Shown here piece after piece: positions 46,582 through 55,871 of a stretch of DNA of 64,000 nucleotides. The stretch covers positions 10,105-74,104 of the forward strand of contig NZ_JACRAH010000019.1 in assembly GCF_016234775.1 (NCBI RefSeq), read 5' to 3'. The notes below the pieces were generated by a model. The model was not told where the DNA came from, did not search any database, and saw only the letters and a list, made by a program, of their open reading frames with translations. The DNA comes from Aquabacterium sp. GTDB taxonomy: Bacteria > Pseudomonadota > Gammaproteobacteria > Burkholderiales > Burkholderiaceae_C. How positions within the stretch are numbered: the stretch's first letter is position 1; every line of letters starts with the position of its first letter. Both the position numbers and the translations under genes were made by a program.

Positions 46582-47925
46582 TCAGGGCTTGGTCTGGCCG
46601 TACAGGCGCCCGGCATGCAGGCCCAGGCCGGTGGCCACCGAGGCCAGGCGGTCACCACGCACGGCCTTGGCATTCGGGAAGGCGGCTTCCAACTGATCCG
46701 TCAGCAGCTTCAGCCCGGTGGAGCCCCCGGTGAAGTACAGCGCGTTGATGTCGCTCAGGGCCACGCCGGCCAACTTCACCGTGTCTTGCGCGCAGGCCAC
46801 GATGCGGCCCAGATCGGCGCCCAGGGCCTTGTCCACCTGGGCCGCGCTCAAGGGGCTGTGCAGGCCCTTTTCGATCAGTTGCAGATCGATGTCGGTGTCA
46901 CCGCCTTGTGACACGGCGATCTTGGCGGCTTCGGCGCGGCCCACCAGGGCGTGGCCCAGGCGGTCCAGCACGACTTTCATTAGGCGCTGGTGCTGGACCG
47001 GGTCGCCGTAGAAATCCGCCATGGCGCGCAGCTCGGCCGTGCGCTGTGGCTGGTAGACCGTGTTGATCAGGTGCCAGGTGGTCAGGTCGAAGTAGACGCG
47101 GCTGGGCACGGGGCGCGGGTCGGCGCCCTTGACGCTGGGGCCGAAGCCACCGTAGCCCATGGGGGGCATGACGCTGGCCAGCGAGATGTGGCGGTCGAAG
47201 TCGGTGCCGGCGATGTGCACGCCGTGGCTGGCCAGGATGTCTTCGCGGCGGTCCAGGCGCTGGGCGCGCTGCGGGCCCACGCGCACCACGGAGAAGTCGG
47301 AGGTGCCACCGCCGATGTCGGCCACCAGGACCAGTTCTTCCTTGGTGGCTTGCTGTTCGTAGTCGAAGGCCGCGGCAATCGGTTCGAACTGGAAGGACAC
47401 GTTCTTGAAGCCGACCGCCCGTGCTGCGGCTTCCAGCGAGGCTTGCGCCGCGGCATCCCGCTCGGCATCGTCATCCACGAAGAAAACCGGGCGACCCATG
47501 ACCACGTCGTCCAGCGCCTGCTGGCCGGCCTTTTCGGCCAGGCTGCGCAGGTGGCGCAGGTAGCCGGTGATGACGTCGAGGTACTTCACGCCAAAGCCGT
47601 GGCCCACTTCGGTGGTCTGGTCCACGAGGGCGGTGCCCAGGATGCTCTTCATGGAGCGCATCAGGCGGCCTTCGTAGCCGTCGATGTAGGCCTGCACGGC
47701 GGCACGACCGAAGGTGCGCGGCAGGTTGTCGTCAAAGGTGCTGCCGCGCCAGGTGTTGGCAGGCAGGTCGTCGGCATCCGTGCAGTAGAAAACCGCCGTG
47801 GGCATGGTCAGGTGCTCGCCCTCCAGGGGCACCAGGCGCATGCCGGCGCCCAGGCCGTCGGTAGCGGGGCGTGCGATGGCGATGGCCGAGTTGGAAGTGC
47901 CGAAGTCGATGGCGCAATAACTCAT
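46582..47925 (-). CDS. Hsp70-family ATPase (YegD-like putative chaperone)
   Basis: 447 aa. Actin-like ATPase motifs (AIDFGTSNSAIA, DIGGGTSDFSV, YFTGGST). Confidence 0.8.
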   Translation of the reverse strand: MSYCAIDFGTSNSAIAIARPATDGLGAGMRLVPLEGEHLTMPTAVFYCTDADDLPANTWRGSTFDDNLPRTFGRAAVQAYIDGYEGRLMRSMKSILGTALVDQTTEVGHGFGVKYLDVITGYLRHLRSLAEKAGQQALDDVVMGRPVFFVDDDAERDAAAQASLEAAARAVGFKNVSFQFEPIAAAFDYEQQATKEELVLVADIGGGTSDFSVVRVGPQRAQRLDRREDILASHGVHIAGTDFDRHISLASVMPPMGYGGFGPSVKGADPRPVPSRVYFDLTTWHLINTVYQPQRTAELRAMADFYGDPVQHQRLMKVVLDRLGHALVGRAEAAKIAVSQGGDTDIDLQLIEKGLHSPLSAAQVDKALGADLGRIVACAQDTVKLAGVALSDINALYFTGGSTGLKLLTDQLEAAFPNAKAVRGDRLASVATGLGLHAGRLYGQTKP

Positions 47926-47957
47926 GAGGGATCCGGACAGACTGCAAAAGGGTGTGT

Positions 47958-49898
47958 TTATACCCTCTGCGGCGCGTCCAGTGTCAGGCGCACGTGTGTG
48001 CCACCCTGTGCTTCGTTCAGGATCTCCAGCGTGGCGCCCAATGCCTGGGCACGTTTGTGCATGTTGCTGAGCCCATGCCCGGGTTGCTCGGTACGCGACA
48101 AGGGCAAGCCGACACCGTTGTCGACGACGCTGATGCGCACCGCCTGTTCGGGCGTGGACTCGATGCGCAGCAGGATGCGGCTGGCCTGGCCGTGTCGCAC
48201 GGCGTTGGTCAAGGCTTCCTGGATCAGGCGCAGCAGGTGCAGGGCGCGCGAAGCGTCCAGCCAGGGCTGAGGCGGGATCTCGCCGCCGACCTGCCAGTCG
48301 AGCTGCACGCCTGCAGCCGCCAGCCGAGGCTGGAGCCGAAAGCGCAGGCTGCCCAGCAGCAGGACGGGATCGCGGTCTTCCAGATTGCTCAGCGAATCAA
48401 TGGCCACGCGCAGGTCGTCCAGGCAATCCTGGAGCGTGTCGGCCAGTGGCTGCTTGGCCGGCCCTTCGCGTCTGGCCATGTTCATGGCGGTGAGCAGATG
48501 CAGGCCCAGGCCGTCGTGCAGGTCACTGACCAGGCGTTCGCGTTCCTGCGCCAGTGCTTGTTCTCGTTCTGCCTTGACGAGCTTTTGAAAGCTGGCCTCC
48601 AGTTCGGCACGCTGGGCGTCCACTTCACGCTGTAGCTGGCCGGACAGGGTTTCGGCCTGCTGCAGAGCCTGCCAGTAGCGATGGGTCCAGACCAGGGTGA
48701 TGGACAGGAACAGCGGTACGGCGGCGTATTGGCGCAGGAAGAGCCGGCCCAGGCCTTCCAGATCGTTGGCGACCAGCAGGTCATTGCAGATCAAGGCGAG
48801 ATAGGCCAGCCCCGAGATGGCGACCGCCCAGACCTGTTTGGCCCGTACTCGCCAGGCCGTGAACAGGAGGTGCCATTGGCTCCACAGGGTCAGCAGCAGC
48901 CCCCCCGCGCCCAGGGGTTTGAACCACACGCGCATGCCGCCTGTGTCGTCCTGCACGCCGAAGGCGATCACGCTGAACGCCACATAAGCCAGCGGGATGG
49001 CCTGCTGCCAGCGCGGCAGGCGATCCTTGCTCAGCACCCACCGGCTGTAGCTCAGTGTGAACAGGGCCAGCAGGCCAATGAACACGGTGGCGCCGCTGAC
49101 GGACAGGCGGCTCCAGGCGATGTTGTCCCAGTGCAGGCCGAAGGGCAGCTCCGTGGCCACGAAGTTGAGGTTGCGCACGCCCCACACGGTAGCGGCCACG
49201 GTGAACCAGCCGAACATGGGTTCGCGACCCAGCCGCCACCACAGGGCCGCGCCATACACGGCCACGGTCAGCACGATGATGGAGGTGATCAGGGTGCCGG
49301 TGTTCTGCCAGAAATGCCGATGGCGCCAGGCGGCTTGCAAGGCATCGGCCTCACCGACGTACACGGCATCGAGGCCGCTGCGGTAGGCGCGGTAGCCCAT
49401 GAGCAGCACCAGTACCTCGTTGGCTTGACCGTCTGGCCGCAGGACGCCGTGGGGCAGGTCGAACAGCAGCGGCGTATAGAAATGCCGCGTGACGGGCTCG
49501 TGCATCCGACCGTGCTGGCCCAGCAACTGGCCGTTGACCCAGAGCTGGGCATTCATGCTGGCATAGGGCAGGTAGATCGACAGCGGCTGGCCGGCAGCCG
49601 GCGCCATGGCGGGTGCCCAGCGCAGACGGTACCAGGCGTAGCCCTGCAGGTCGGGACGCCGTGTGTCCCAGGCATCAGGCAGGCTGACGGCTTGCCAGCG
49701 CGGATCGCCAGGCGCTGGGGGCGCAGGGATGTCGGCGGGAGTGAGCGCACCCTGGTGTTGGCTGGGCAGTGTCAGTACCTCACCCTGGTTGAGTGCCTGA
49801 ATCTGATCGCCCGAGGGGGGAGGCAGGCTGCAGCCGGTCAGCAGGCTCAAGACCAGGAAGGCCCCCCATGCCCACAGGCCGAGGCCGCGGTACCTCAC
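47958..49898 (-). CDS. 7TMR-DISM-type sensor histidine kinase (HisKA_3 / NarX-like)
   Basis: 646 aa. Lipoprotein-like signal, an extracytoplasmic domain with YAWYRLRW context, seven TM helices, H-box SDLHDGLGLHL, and a HATPase region (NAVRHG...DNGVG). Confidence 0.85.
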   Translation of the reverse strand: MRYRGLGLWAWGAFLVLSLLTGCSLPPPSGDQIQALNQGEVLTLPSQHQGALTPADIPAPPAPGDPRWQAVSLPDAWDTRRPDLQGYAWYRLRWAPAMAPAAGQPLSIYLPYASMNAQLWVNGQLLGQHGRMHEPVTRHFYTPLLFDLPHGVLRPDGQANEVLVLLMGYRAYRSGLDAVYVGEADALQAAWRHRHFWQNTGTLITSIIVLTVAVYGAALWWRLGREPMFGWFTVAATVWGVRNLNFVATELPFGLHWDNIAWSRLSVSGATVFIGLLALFTLSYSRWVLSKDRLPRWQQAIPLAYVAFSVIAFGVQDDTGGMRVWFKPLGAGGLLLTLWSQWHLLFTAWRVRAKQVWAVAISGLAYLALICNDLLVANDLEGLGRLFLRQYAAVPLFLSITLVWTHRYWQALQQAETLSGQLQREVDAQRAELEASFQKLVKAEREQALAQERERLVSDLHDGLGLHLLTAMNMARREGPAKQPLADTLQDCLDDLRVAIDSLSNLEDRDPVLLLGSLRFRLQPRLAAAGVQLDWQVGGEIPPQPWLDASRALHLLRLIQEALTNAVRHGQASRILLRIESTPEQAVRISVVDNGVGLPLSRTEQPGHGLSNMHKRAQALGATLEILNEAQGGTHVRLTLDAPQRV

Positions 49899-50569
49899 CG
49901 CAGGGGCGACAGCCCGAGCTGGACTTGTCGTTGGTTGAATTCGTAGACCGCCTCGGCGCGCGAGTTGACAGACAGCTTCTGGTAGATGCGCTTGATGTAG
50001 GTGCGCACTGTGTTGGCCGATACCGACAACAGATCCGCCGATTCCTGGTAGCTGAAGCCCTTGGCGATCAGCGCCAGCAACTCCTGCTCGCGGCTGGTGA
50101 GCGCCATGCCGTCGGTGTGCGCGGTGTGGCCGGCCTCTGGGGCTGGGGCCATCTGGCGCTGTCGTTTCACCAGCGTTCGTGCGATCTGCGGGCTCAGTGG
50201 CGAGCCGCCTTCCTTCAGATGCTGCAGTTGCTCGCCCAGGCTGTCCGTGCTCAGGTCCTTGAGCAGGTAGCCACTGGCGCCGGCCTCGATGGCCGACAGC
50301 ACATGGCCCTCATCGCCAAAGATGCTGATCACCAGCACTTCACAGCGAGGGTGCCGCCGCAGGGCGTGGCGGATCACGTCGATGCCCGATCCGTCGGGCA
50401 AGCCAAGGTCGGTCAGGACGATGTCGGCGGCTTGCTGGTCCAGCCACGCTATCGCTTCCGACACGTTCACGCAGGCGTGCACGTCAGTGTGCTGCCTTTC
50501 GAGTTGCGACAAAAGCCAGTGGCGCGTGGCCTCGTCGTCTTCGACCAGCAGAATGCGATCCAGGTTCAT
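49895..50569 (-). CDS. NarL/LuxR-family response regulator
   Basis: Receiver (ILLVEDDEATR...VLTDLGLPDGSG) plus a C-terminal LuxR HTH (LTSREQELLALIAKGFSYQESADLLSVSANTVRTYIKRIYQKL). It overlaps the kinase start by 4 nt. Confidence 0.9.
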   Translation of the reverse strand: MNLDRILLVEDDEATRHWLLSQLERQHTDVHACVNVSEAIAWLDQQAADIVLTDLGLPDGSGIDVIRHALRRHPRCEVLVISIFGDEGHVLSAIEAGASGYLLKDLSTDSLGEQLQHLKEGGSPLSPQIARTLVKRQRQMAPAPEAGHTAHTDGMALTSREQELLALIAKGFSYQESADLLSVSANTVRTYIKRIYQKLSVNSRAEAVYEFNQRQVQLGLSPLR

Positions 50570-50643
50570 GCCGCCACTCTAATCAGCTGCATCGGGTGCG
50601 GCATCCCCGCGTCTGCAGGGCTGCGCGCAGTTGCCACCCGGTG

Positions 50644-51315
50644 TCAGGCCTTGCGGCGTCGGCCGATCGTGAGGGTGACCAGCAGGCCGGCGGCCAGCAT
50701 GGCCCAGGATTCGGGTTCCGGCACCGCTGGCGTGGTGGGGCCGGTCGGCAGGGTCGCGCCTTCTCCAGGCAAATGCAGCTGGATGTTGTCAACCTGGGCG
50801 TAGACCGAGCTGAACTGGATCATGGTGAGGTTCTTGAAGCGGCTGTCGAGCGTGAGCGTCTCGAGGGAGGCCCAGGTGGCATCCAGCACGAAGTCCTGGC
50901 GCACATAGCCGCCGCCCGTGGCCGGGTAGCCAAATACCGTGAAGTTGCGGTAGCCACCGGCCGAGCTGAAGGGCGCGGCATCCATGCTGATCAGGTCGAA
51001 AACGCCGTTGTCGGTGCGTTTCAGCGAGAAACCGCTGCCGTAGTTGGTGATGACGCCGGAATACACCGAGGGTGAGCCCGACCAATGCGTGGTGTTGGCC
51101 GGTGTCAGCGCATAGATGGTGCCGCCTGCATAGTGGGTGTAGGGGGAGCCGGAGAAGGTCGTCAGCTCAAATCCGTCTTCCACATAGGGCTTGGGGACGG
51201 TGACCGTCGGGTTGGTCGTGTTGCCAACGTTGATGCCGTTGAAGTCGATCACGACGGCTTGGGCGCTGGCCAGGGCCAGACTCAGCAGCGTGCCAGCGAG
51301 AAATCGGATTTGCAT
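50644..51315 (-). CDS. PEP-CTERM sorting-signal secreted protein
   Basis: Signal peptide. C-terminus VPEPESWAMLAAGLLVTLTIGRRRKA (PEP motif, TM helix, basic tail). Confidence 0.85.
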   Translation of the reverse strand: MQIRFLAGTLLSLALASAQAVVIDFNGINVGNTTNPTVTVPKPYVEDGFELTTFSGSPYTHYAGGTIYALTPANTTHWSGSPSVYSGVITNYGSGFSLKRTDNGVFDLISMDAAPFSSAGGYRNFTVFGYPATGGGYVRQDFVLDATWASLETLTLDSRFKNLTMIQFSSVYAQVDNIQLHLPGEGATLPTGPTTPAVPEPESWAMLAAGLLVTLTIGRRRKA

Positions 51316-51460
51316 GTTGATCCTCCATGTCAGGTCGGCTGAAAGTGGCGGTGCCGGCCTGTGTTGGAACGATCATAGAAACTTGTGACGACCTGGGATG
51401 ACACATGATCATGTGACACCAGACGGGCGGGATGCAGTTCCGCCGCGTCGGCTGGCCGGC

Positions 51461-52462
51461 TCACTGGTCCCGGAATTCACCGGGCGTGGCCCCTGCCCAG
51501 CGCCGAAAGGCGTGGATGAAGGCCGCGGATTCGGCATAGCCGATCTGGGCGGCGATGTCTTCAATCGGCAGCCTGGTGTTCTTGAGCAGGTAGCGTGCCT
51601 TGGCGTAGCGGGCGTCGGCCAGCAGGTCGCGGAAGCTGCGGCCGTCTTCGCTGAGCTGGCGGCGCAGGCTGCGCTCGGACATGTCGAACGACTTGGCCAC
51701 TTCCTCAGCTGACGGGAAATGCCCATTGAACATGCCCAGGTGATTGAGCACCCGGTCGGCCAGCGAGGCTGTGGTGGCTTCCTGCACCTTGAGCTGCTGG
51801 TCGCACATGGTGCGGTACATGGCGTGCGCGTTCGGATCGGCCGTGGGCAGCTTGATCTGCAGGTACTCGTTGCGCAGCCAGAAGCGCACTTCGTGCTCGC
51901 CCCAACGCACCGGGCAGCCAAAGTGCTCTTCATAGGCGGCGGCCTCGGGCGGCTTGGGGTAGGGCATGTCCAGGCGCTCGGCGCGCAGGTTCAGGCCCAT
52001 GGTGGCCTGCATGTCGCGCACCATCTTGTAGGTGCCCGAGGCCTCGCCATCCACCCGAAAGCGAAAGGCCTTGGGCCCCATCATCATCGGATCCAGGATG
52101 AGGGCGCTCATGCGCTCGCCGGGTTCCAGCCGCAGCGTGCCATATAGATAAGTCAGGCGCTGGTAGCGGATGCCGGTCTGCAGGGCCTCGTAGGCGGTGG
52201 CGCAGGTCATCAGCAGCATGACCAGGGGGCCGTAGCCGGCCAGGCCGAAGAAGCTGCCCATCTTCAAGCCGATCAGCGGGTCGTGCAGGGTTTCGGCCCA
52301 CTCGGCGTAGATGCGCAGTTCGCGGGCGCGCTCGATGCGGGTCGTCGGGTCCAGCTTGTCGGACGACAAGCCGTGGCGTTGCAGCACGGGCTCCGGGTCC
52401 TCGCCCAGTTGTTTGAGGCCCTGGACCATGTAGATCAAACCCAGGATGGAGCGGGTGGTCAT
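51461..52462 (-). CDS. AraC-family transcriptional regulator
   Basis: 333 aa. C-terminal double HTH (SERSLRRQLSEDGRSFRDLL...IEDIAAQIGYAESAAFIHAFRRWAG.TPGEFR). Confidence 0.85.
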   Translation of the reverse strand: MTTRSILGLIYMVQGLKQLGEDPEPVLQRHGLSSDKLDPTTRIERARELRIYAEWAETLHDPLIGLKMGSFFGLAGYGPLVMLLMTCATAYEALQTGIRYQRLTYLYGTLRLEPGERMSALILDPMMMGPKAFRFRVDGEASGTYKMVRDMQATMGLNLRAERLDMPYPKPPEAAAYEEHFGCPVRWGEHEVRFWLRNEYLQIKLPTADPNAHAMYRTMCDQQLKVQEATTASLADRVLNHLGMFNGHFPSAEEVAKSFDMSERSLRRQLSEDGRSFRDLLADARYAKARYLLKNTRLPIEDIAAQIGYAESAAFIHAFRRWAGATPGEFRDQ

Positions 52463-52783
52463 GCGGTGTCGGGGTGGGCAAGCGGCGGCTTGGCCGAAAA
52501 AATCAATCAGTAGCCGAATTTATCATGGTCCGATCCACGGTGTTCAGGTGGAGCGCACCTCGAACCGGCCAGGCGCCGAGTTTGATATTTGTCAATTAGT
52601 GCCGCTGGAGGGGCACTGCCAGCGGTCAAATGGCCGAAACGATCAATTTCTCGTCGCAACCGAACATGGTGATTTGAGGGCTGCTGACGCAACATGGCCA
52701 TGCGCTCGGAGACAAGTCGTCTCGGATCCAAAGAGGGAGACCGAGTCGACGCACCCACAAACCTATTCACCAAAGGTGCCGCC

Positions 52784-54370
52784 ATGACAGATCAAAACGT
52801 TTCTTCTTCCCCCGTCCGCGAGGTGGAGGTCGCCATCGCTGGCGCCGGCTTCGGTGGCATCTGCATGGCCATCCAGCTGCAAAAGAACGGCATCAATGAC
52901 TTCCTGATTCTGGAAAAGAAGAGCGAAGTGGGCGGCGCCTGGCGCGACAACCACTACCCCGGCGCCGCTTGTGACGTGCAGTCCCACATGTACTCGTACT
53001 CGTTCGAGACCAAGGCGGACTGGACCAAGCGCTACGCCCCCTGGAACGAAATCCAGCAGTACATCCTGGACACCGTCAAGAAGTACAACCTGCGCCCGCA
53101 CATCCACTTCAACCAGGAGGTGGTCAGCGCCGTGTTCAACGAAGGCACGGGCAAGTGGGTCATCAAGACCGTGGGTGGTGAAACCATCATGGCGCGCCAC
53201 TGGGTGCTGGCTTCCGGCCCGCTGCATGTGCCGGCCATCCCTGACATCAAGGGCTTGAAGGACTTCAAGGGTAAGGTCATGCACTCGGCCGATTGGGACC
53301 ACAGCTATGACCTGACCGGCAAGAAGGTGGCCTCCATCGGTACGGGCGGCTCGGCCATCCAGTACGTGCCCGAGATCGCACCGAAGGTCGGCAAGCTGCA
53401 CGTGTTCCAGCGCACACCGGCGTGGGTGATCCCGCGTGACGAGCGCAGCTACTCGGCTTTCCGCAAGTGGACCTTCAAGGCCATTCCCTTCTCGCGCACG
53501 CTGCATCGCTGGCGCCTGTACTGGACCAACGAATCGCGCGTGTGGCCCATCCTGAACCCCTGGATGGCCCGCATCGGTGAAGGCCTGCTCAAGAAGTTCA
53601 TCTCCTACCAGGTGAAAGATCCCGCACTGGTCAAGAAGCTCACGCCTGACTACACCCTGGGTTGCAAGCGCATCCTGATCTCCAACAAGTGGTACCCGAC
53701 CTTCAACCGCCAGAACGTGGAACTGGTGACCGACGGCATCAAGGAAATCACGCCCAACGGCATCATCACCCGTGATGGCAAGGAGCGTGCGCTGGACTGC
53801 ATCATCCTGGGCACCGGCTTCATCGTGGACCCCCGTATCTACATGAAGAGCTTCGAGATGCGCGGCCTCAATGGCCACACCGTGCAGGAAGACTGGAAGG
53901 TCAGCCCCACGTCCTACCTGGGCATCACCACGGCCAACTACCCGAACATGTACCAGCTGGTTGGCCCGCACACCGGCCTGGGCCACAACTCCATCATCTT
54001 CATGATCGAAGCGCAAGCCGAGTACATCATCCAGTGCATGAAGAAGGTCAAGGAAAAGGGCGTGGACTACATCGACGTCAAGCCCCAGGCCATGGTTCGC
54101 TTTCTCGGTGAGATGAGCGATGCGCTCAAGGGCACCGTGTGGAGCTCCGGCTGCAAGAGCTGGTACCAGACCGCGGACGGCATCAACTTCGCCATCTGGC
54201 CGAAGTCGACCTGGCGCTACTGGATGGAGACCCGCACGGTCAATGAAGGTGACTACAACTTCGTGAAGTGCGGTGGCGCCAAGACTTCTGGCAAGACAAC
54301 GGGTGCAGGTTCGTCCGGCATCGGTGGCCTGGCTGGTGATCAGGCGATGGCGCGGGTGGCGCAGCGCTGA
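52784..54370 (+). CDS. flavin-dependent (Baeyer-Villiger-type) monooxygenase
   Basis: Trimmed to ATG 52784. FAD motif GAGFGG, BVMO fingerprint FKGKVMHSADW (FxGxxxHxxxW), and second dinucleotide motif GTGGSA. Has an unusual Gly/Ser-rich C-terminal tail. Confidence 0.85.
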   Translation: MTDQNVSSSPVREVEVAIAGAGFGGICMAIQLQKNGINDFLILEKKSEVGGAWRDNHYPGAACDVQSHMYSYSFETKADWTKRYAPWNEIQQYILDTVKKYNLRPHIHFNQEVVSAVFNEGTGKWVIKTVGGETIMARHWVLASGPLHVPAIPDIKGLKDFKGKVMHSADWDHSYDLTGKKVASIGTGGSAIQYVPEIAPKVGKLHVFQRTPAWVIPRDERSYSAFRKWTFKAIPFSRTLHRWRLYWTNESRVWPILNPWMARIGEGLLKKFISYQVKDPALVKKLTPDYTLGCKRILISNKWYPTFNRQNVELVTDGIKEITPNGIITRDGKERALDCIILGTGFIVDPRIYMKSFEMRGLNGHTVQEDWKVSPTSYLGITTANYPNMYQLVGPHTGLGHNSIIFMIEAQAEYIIQCMKKVKEKGVDYIDVKPQAMVRFLGEMSDALKGTVWSSGCKSWYQTADGINFAIWPKSTWRYWMETRTVNEGDYNFVKCGGAKTSGKTTGAGSSGIGGLAGDQAMARVAQR

Positions 54371-54434
54371 TTTGGGGGCTTCCGTGCGGCGCTACACTGG
54401 CGCCGTGGCTGAACAACCCTCACCCCCTTCTGTC

Positions 54435-54902
54435 ATGTGCAGACACTGGCCTCTGGGCGCTTTGAGCCTGGCGGCCAGTTTGCAATTGGTCCACGCCTCG
54501 TGCGCCGCGGCTGAGCAAGCCACTGCCGGACCCGTTGCCACCACGTCGTCTGCCTTGGTATGCGAGGTGCGCTACGCCAGTGAAACACGCGTGTTGCGCC
54601 AGTCGGCTTCCGCCGATCCCTATGTGGCGCAGACAGTCGAATTTGAGGACCGCTTTCGCTTCAGGGCGGTGGTGCTGGGACGCCCGGAACGCATCGATCA
54701 CATCACCCTCACGGTTTATGAGTTGGGTTTGGGGGATGCGCCTGTGATCGTCCACCAGGTGCGCCATCAGGCGCCATTTCCCGCTGCCACGGTGTTGCCG
54801 GCCTTGACGGGTTGGAACCATGTCTACGCCAGTTATCTGGGGCGCGAGTTGCGCTACGGTTGTGCCTTGCAGGCCGTGGTGGCCAAGGAGCTTGCGCCAT
54901 GA
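54435..54902 (+). CDS. hypothetical secreted protein
   Basis: ORF 54273..54902 trimmed to ATG 54435, giving a signal peptide (MCRHWPLGALSLAASLQLVHA). Its stop overlaps the next start (ATGA 54899-54902). Confidence 0.45.
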   Translation: MCRHWPLGALSLAASLQLVHASCAAAEQATAGPVATTSSALVCEVRYASETRVLRQSASADPYVAQTVEFEDRFRFRAVVLGRPERIDHITLTVYELGLGDAPVIVHQVRHQAPFPAATVLPALTGWNHVYASYLGRELRYGCALQAVVAKELAP

Positions 54903-55828
54903 GGCCAGCGTGGCGGTCAGTGTGCTTGTGGGCCTGGCTGGCCATCTGCTCGTTGAGCCATGCCCAGACCACGTCGCCGCAGGTGCGCATCGCCTGGATG
55001 GGTGACGTGATGCTGGCCGACGGGCCGGGGCGCGTGATTGCCCGCGGTGGCGATCCCTTCAAGCCCTTTGCATCGAGGCTCGCTCAGGCCGATGTGCGTA
55101 TCGCCAACCTGGAGTGTGTGGTGGCGTCGGGTGGCAAGGCCCTGGACAAGCCCTGGACGTTCAGGGCGCATCCTCGTGTGTTGCCTTTGCTCAAGCGGCA
55201 TGTGGACCTGGTGTCGATCGCCAACAACCACTCGGGTGATTTCGGAAAAGCAGCCTTTGCCGAGATGCTGACGCGTTTGCAGCGTGCGCACTTACCTTAC
55301 GTGGGCGGCGGCCTCAACCTGCGCGAGGCGCATCGCGCCGTCATCATCGAACGCAAGGGTGTGAAGATCGCCGTGCTGGCCTATGACGAGTTCTTCCCGC
55401 GCCTGTTCGAGGCCGGTGATCAACTGCCCGGCGTCGCCTGGTCGGAAGACGAGCAGGTGGCCCATGACATTCGCCAGGCGCGCACGCAAGCCGATATCGT
55501 CATCCCCTTCATGCATTGGGGCCAGGAACACGAGCCCCGCGCCAATGACCGGCAGCGGCAACTTGCCCGGTTGATGATCGACGCCGGCGCCGATGCCGTG
55601 GTGGGCGCCCATCCGCATGTGGTGCAGGACACCGAGGTCTACCGTGGCAAGCCCATCATCTACAGCCTGGGGAATTTCGTGTTCGATGGCTTTTCCGCGC
55701 CAGAGAACAACACGGGCTGGTTGCTGTGGATGGATGTGGGCCGCGACGGGGTACGCGCCTGGCATGTGGAGGAGGCGCACATGGACAAGCATGGGGTACC
55801 GCATCCCGTACGGCGCGCGCCATTTTGA
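54899..55828 (+). CDS. CapA-family (PGA_cap) metallophosphatase-like protein
   Basis: Signal peptide MRPAWRSVCLWAWLAICSLSHA. Motifs GDVML, ANLE, ANNH, HWG.E, and GAHPH..Q, typical of the CapA family. Confidence 0.8.
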   Translation: MRPAWRSVCLWAWLAICSLSHAQTTSPQVRIAWMGDVMLADGPGRVIARGGDPFKPFASRLAQADVRIANLECVVASGGKALDKPWTFRAHPRVLPLLKRHVDLVSIANNHSGDFGKAAFAEMLTRLQRAHLPYVGGGLNLREAHRAVIIERKGVKIAVLAYDEFFPRLFEAGDQLPGVAWSEDEQVAHDIRQARTQADIVIPFMHWGQEHEPRANDRQRQLARLMIDAGADAVVGAHPHVVQDTEVYRGKPIIYSLGNFVFDGFSAPENNTGWLLWMDVGRDGVRAWHVEEAHMDKHGVPHPVRRAPF

Positions 55829-55871
55829 CGTGACCCCACACTGGGCATCGAACCCGCTTGAGTGGCGGCCA

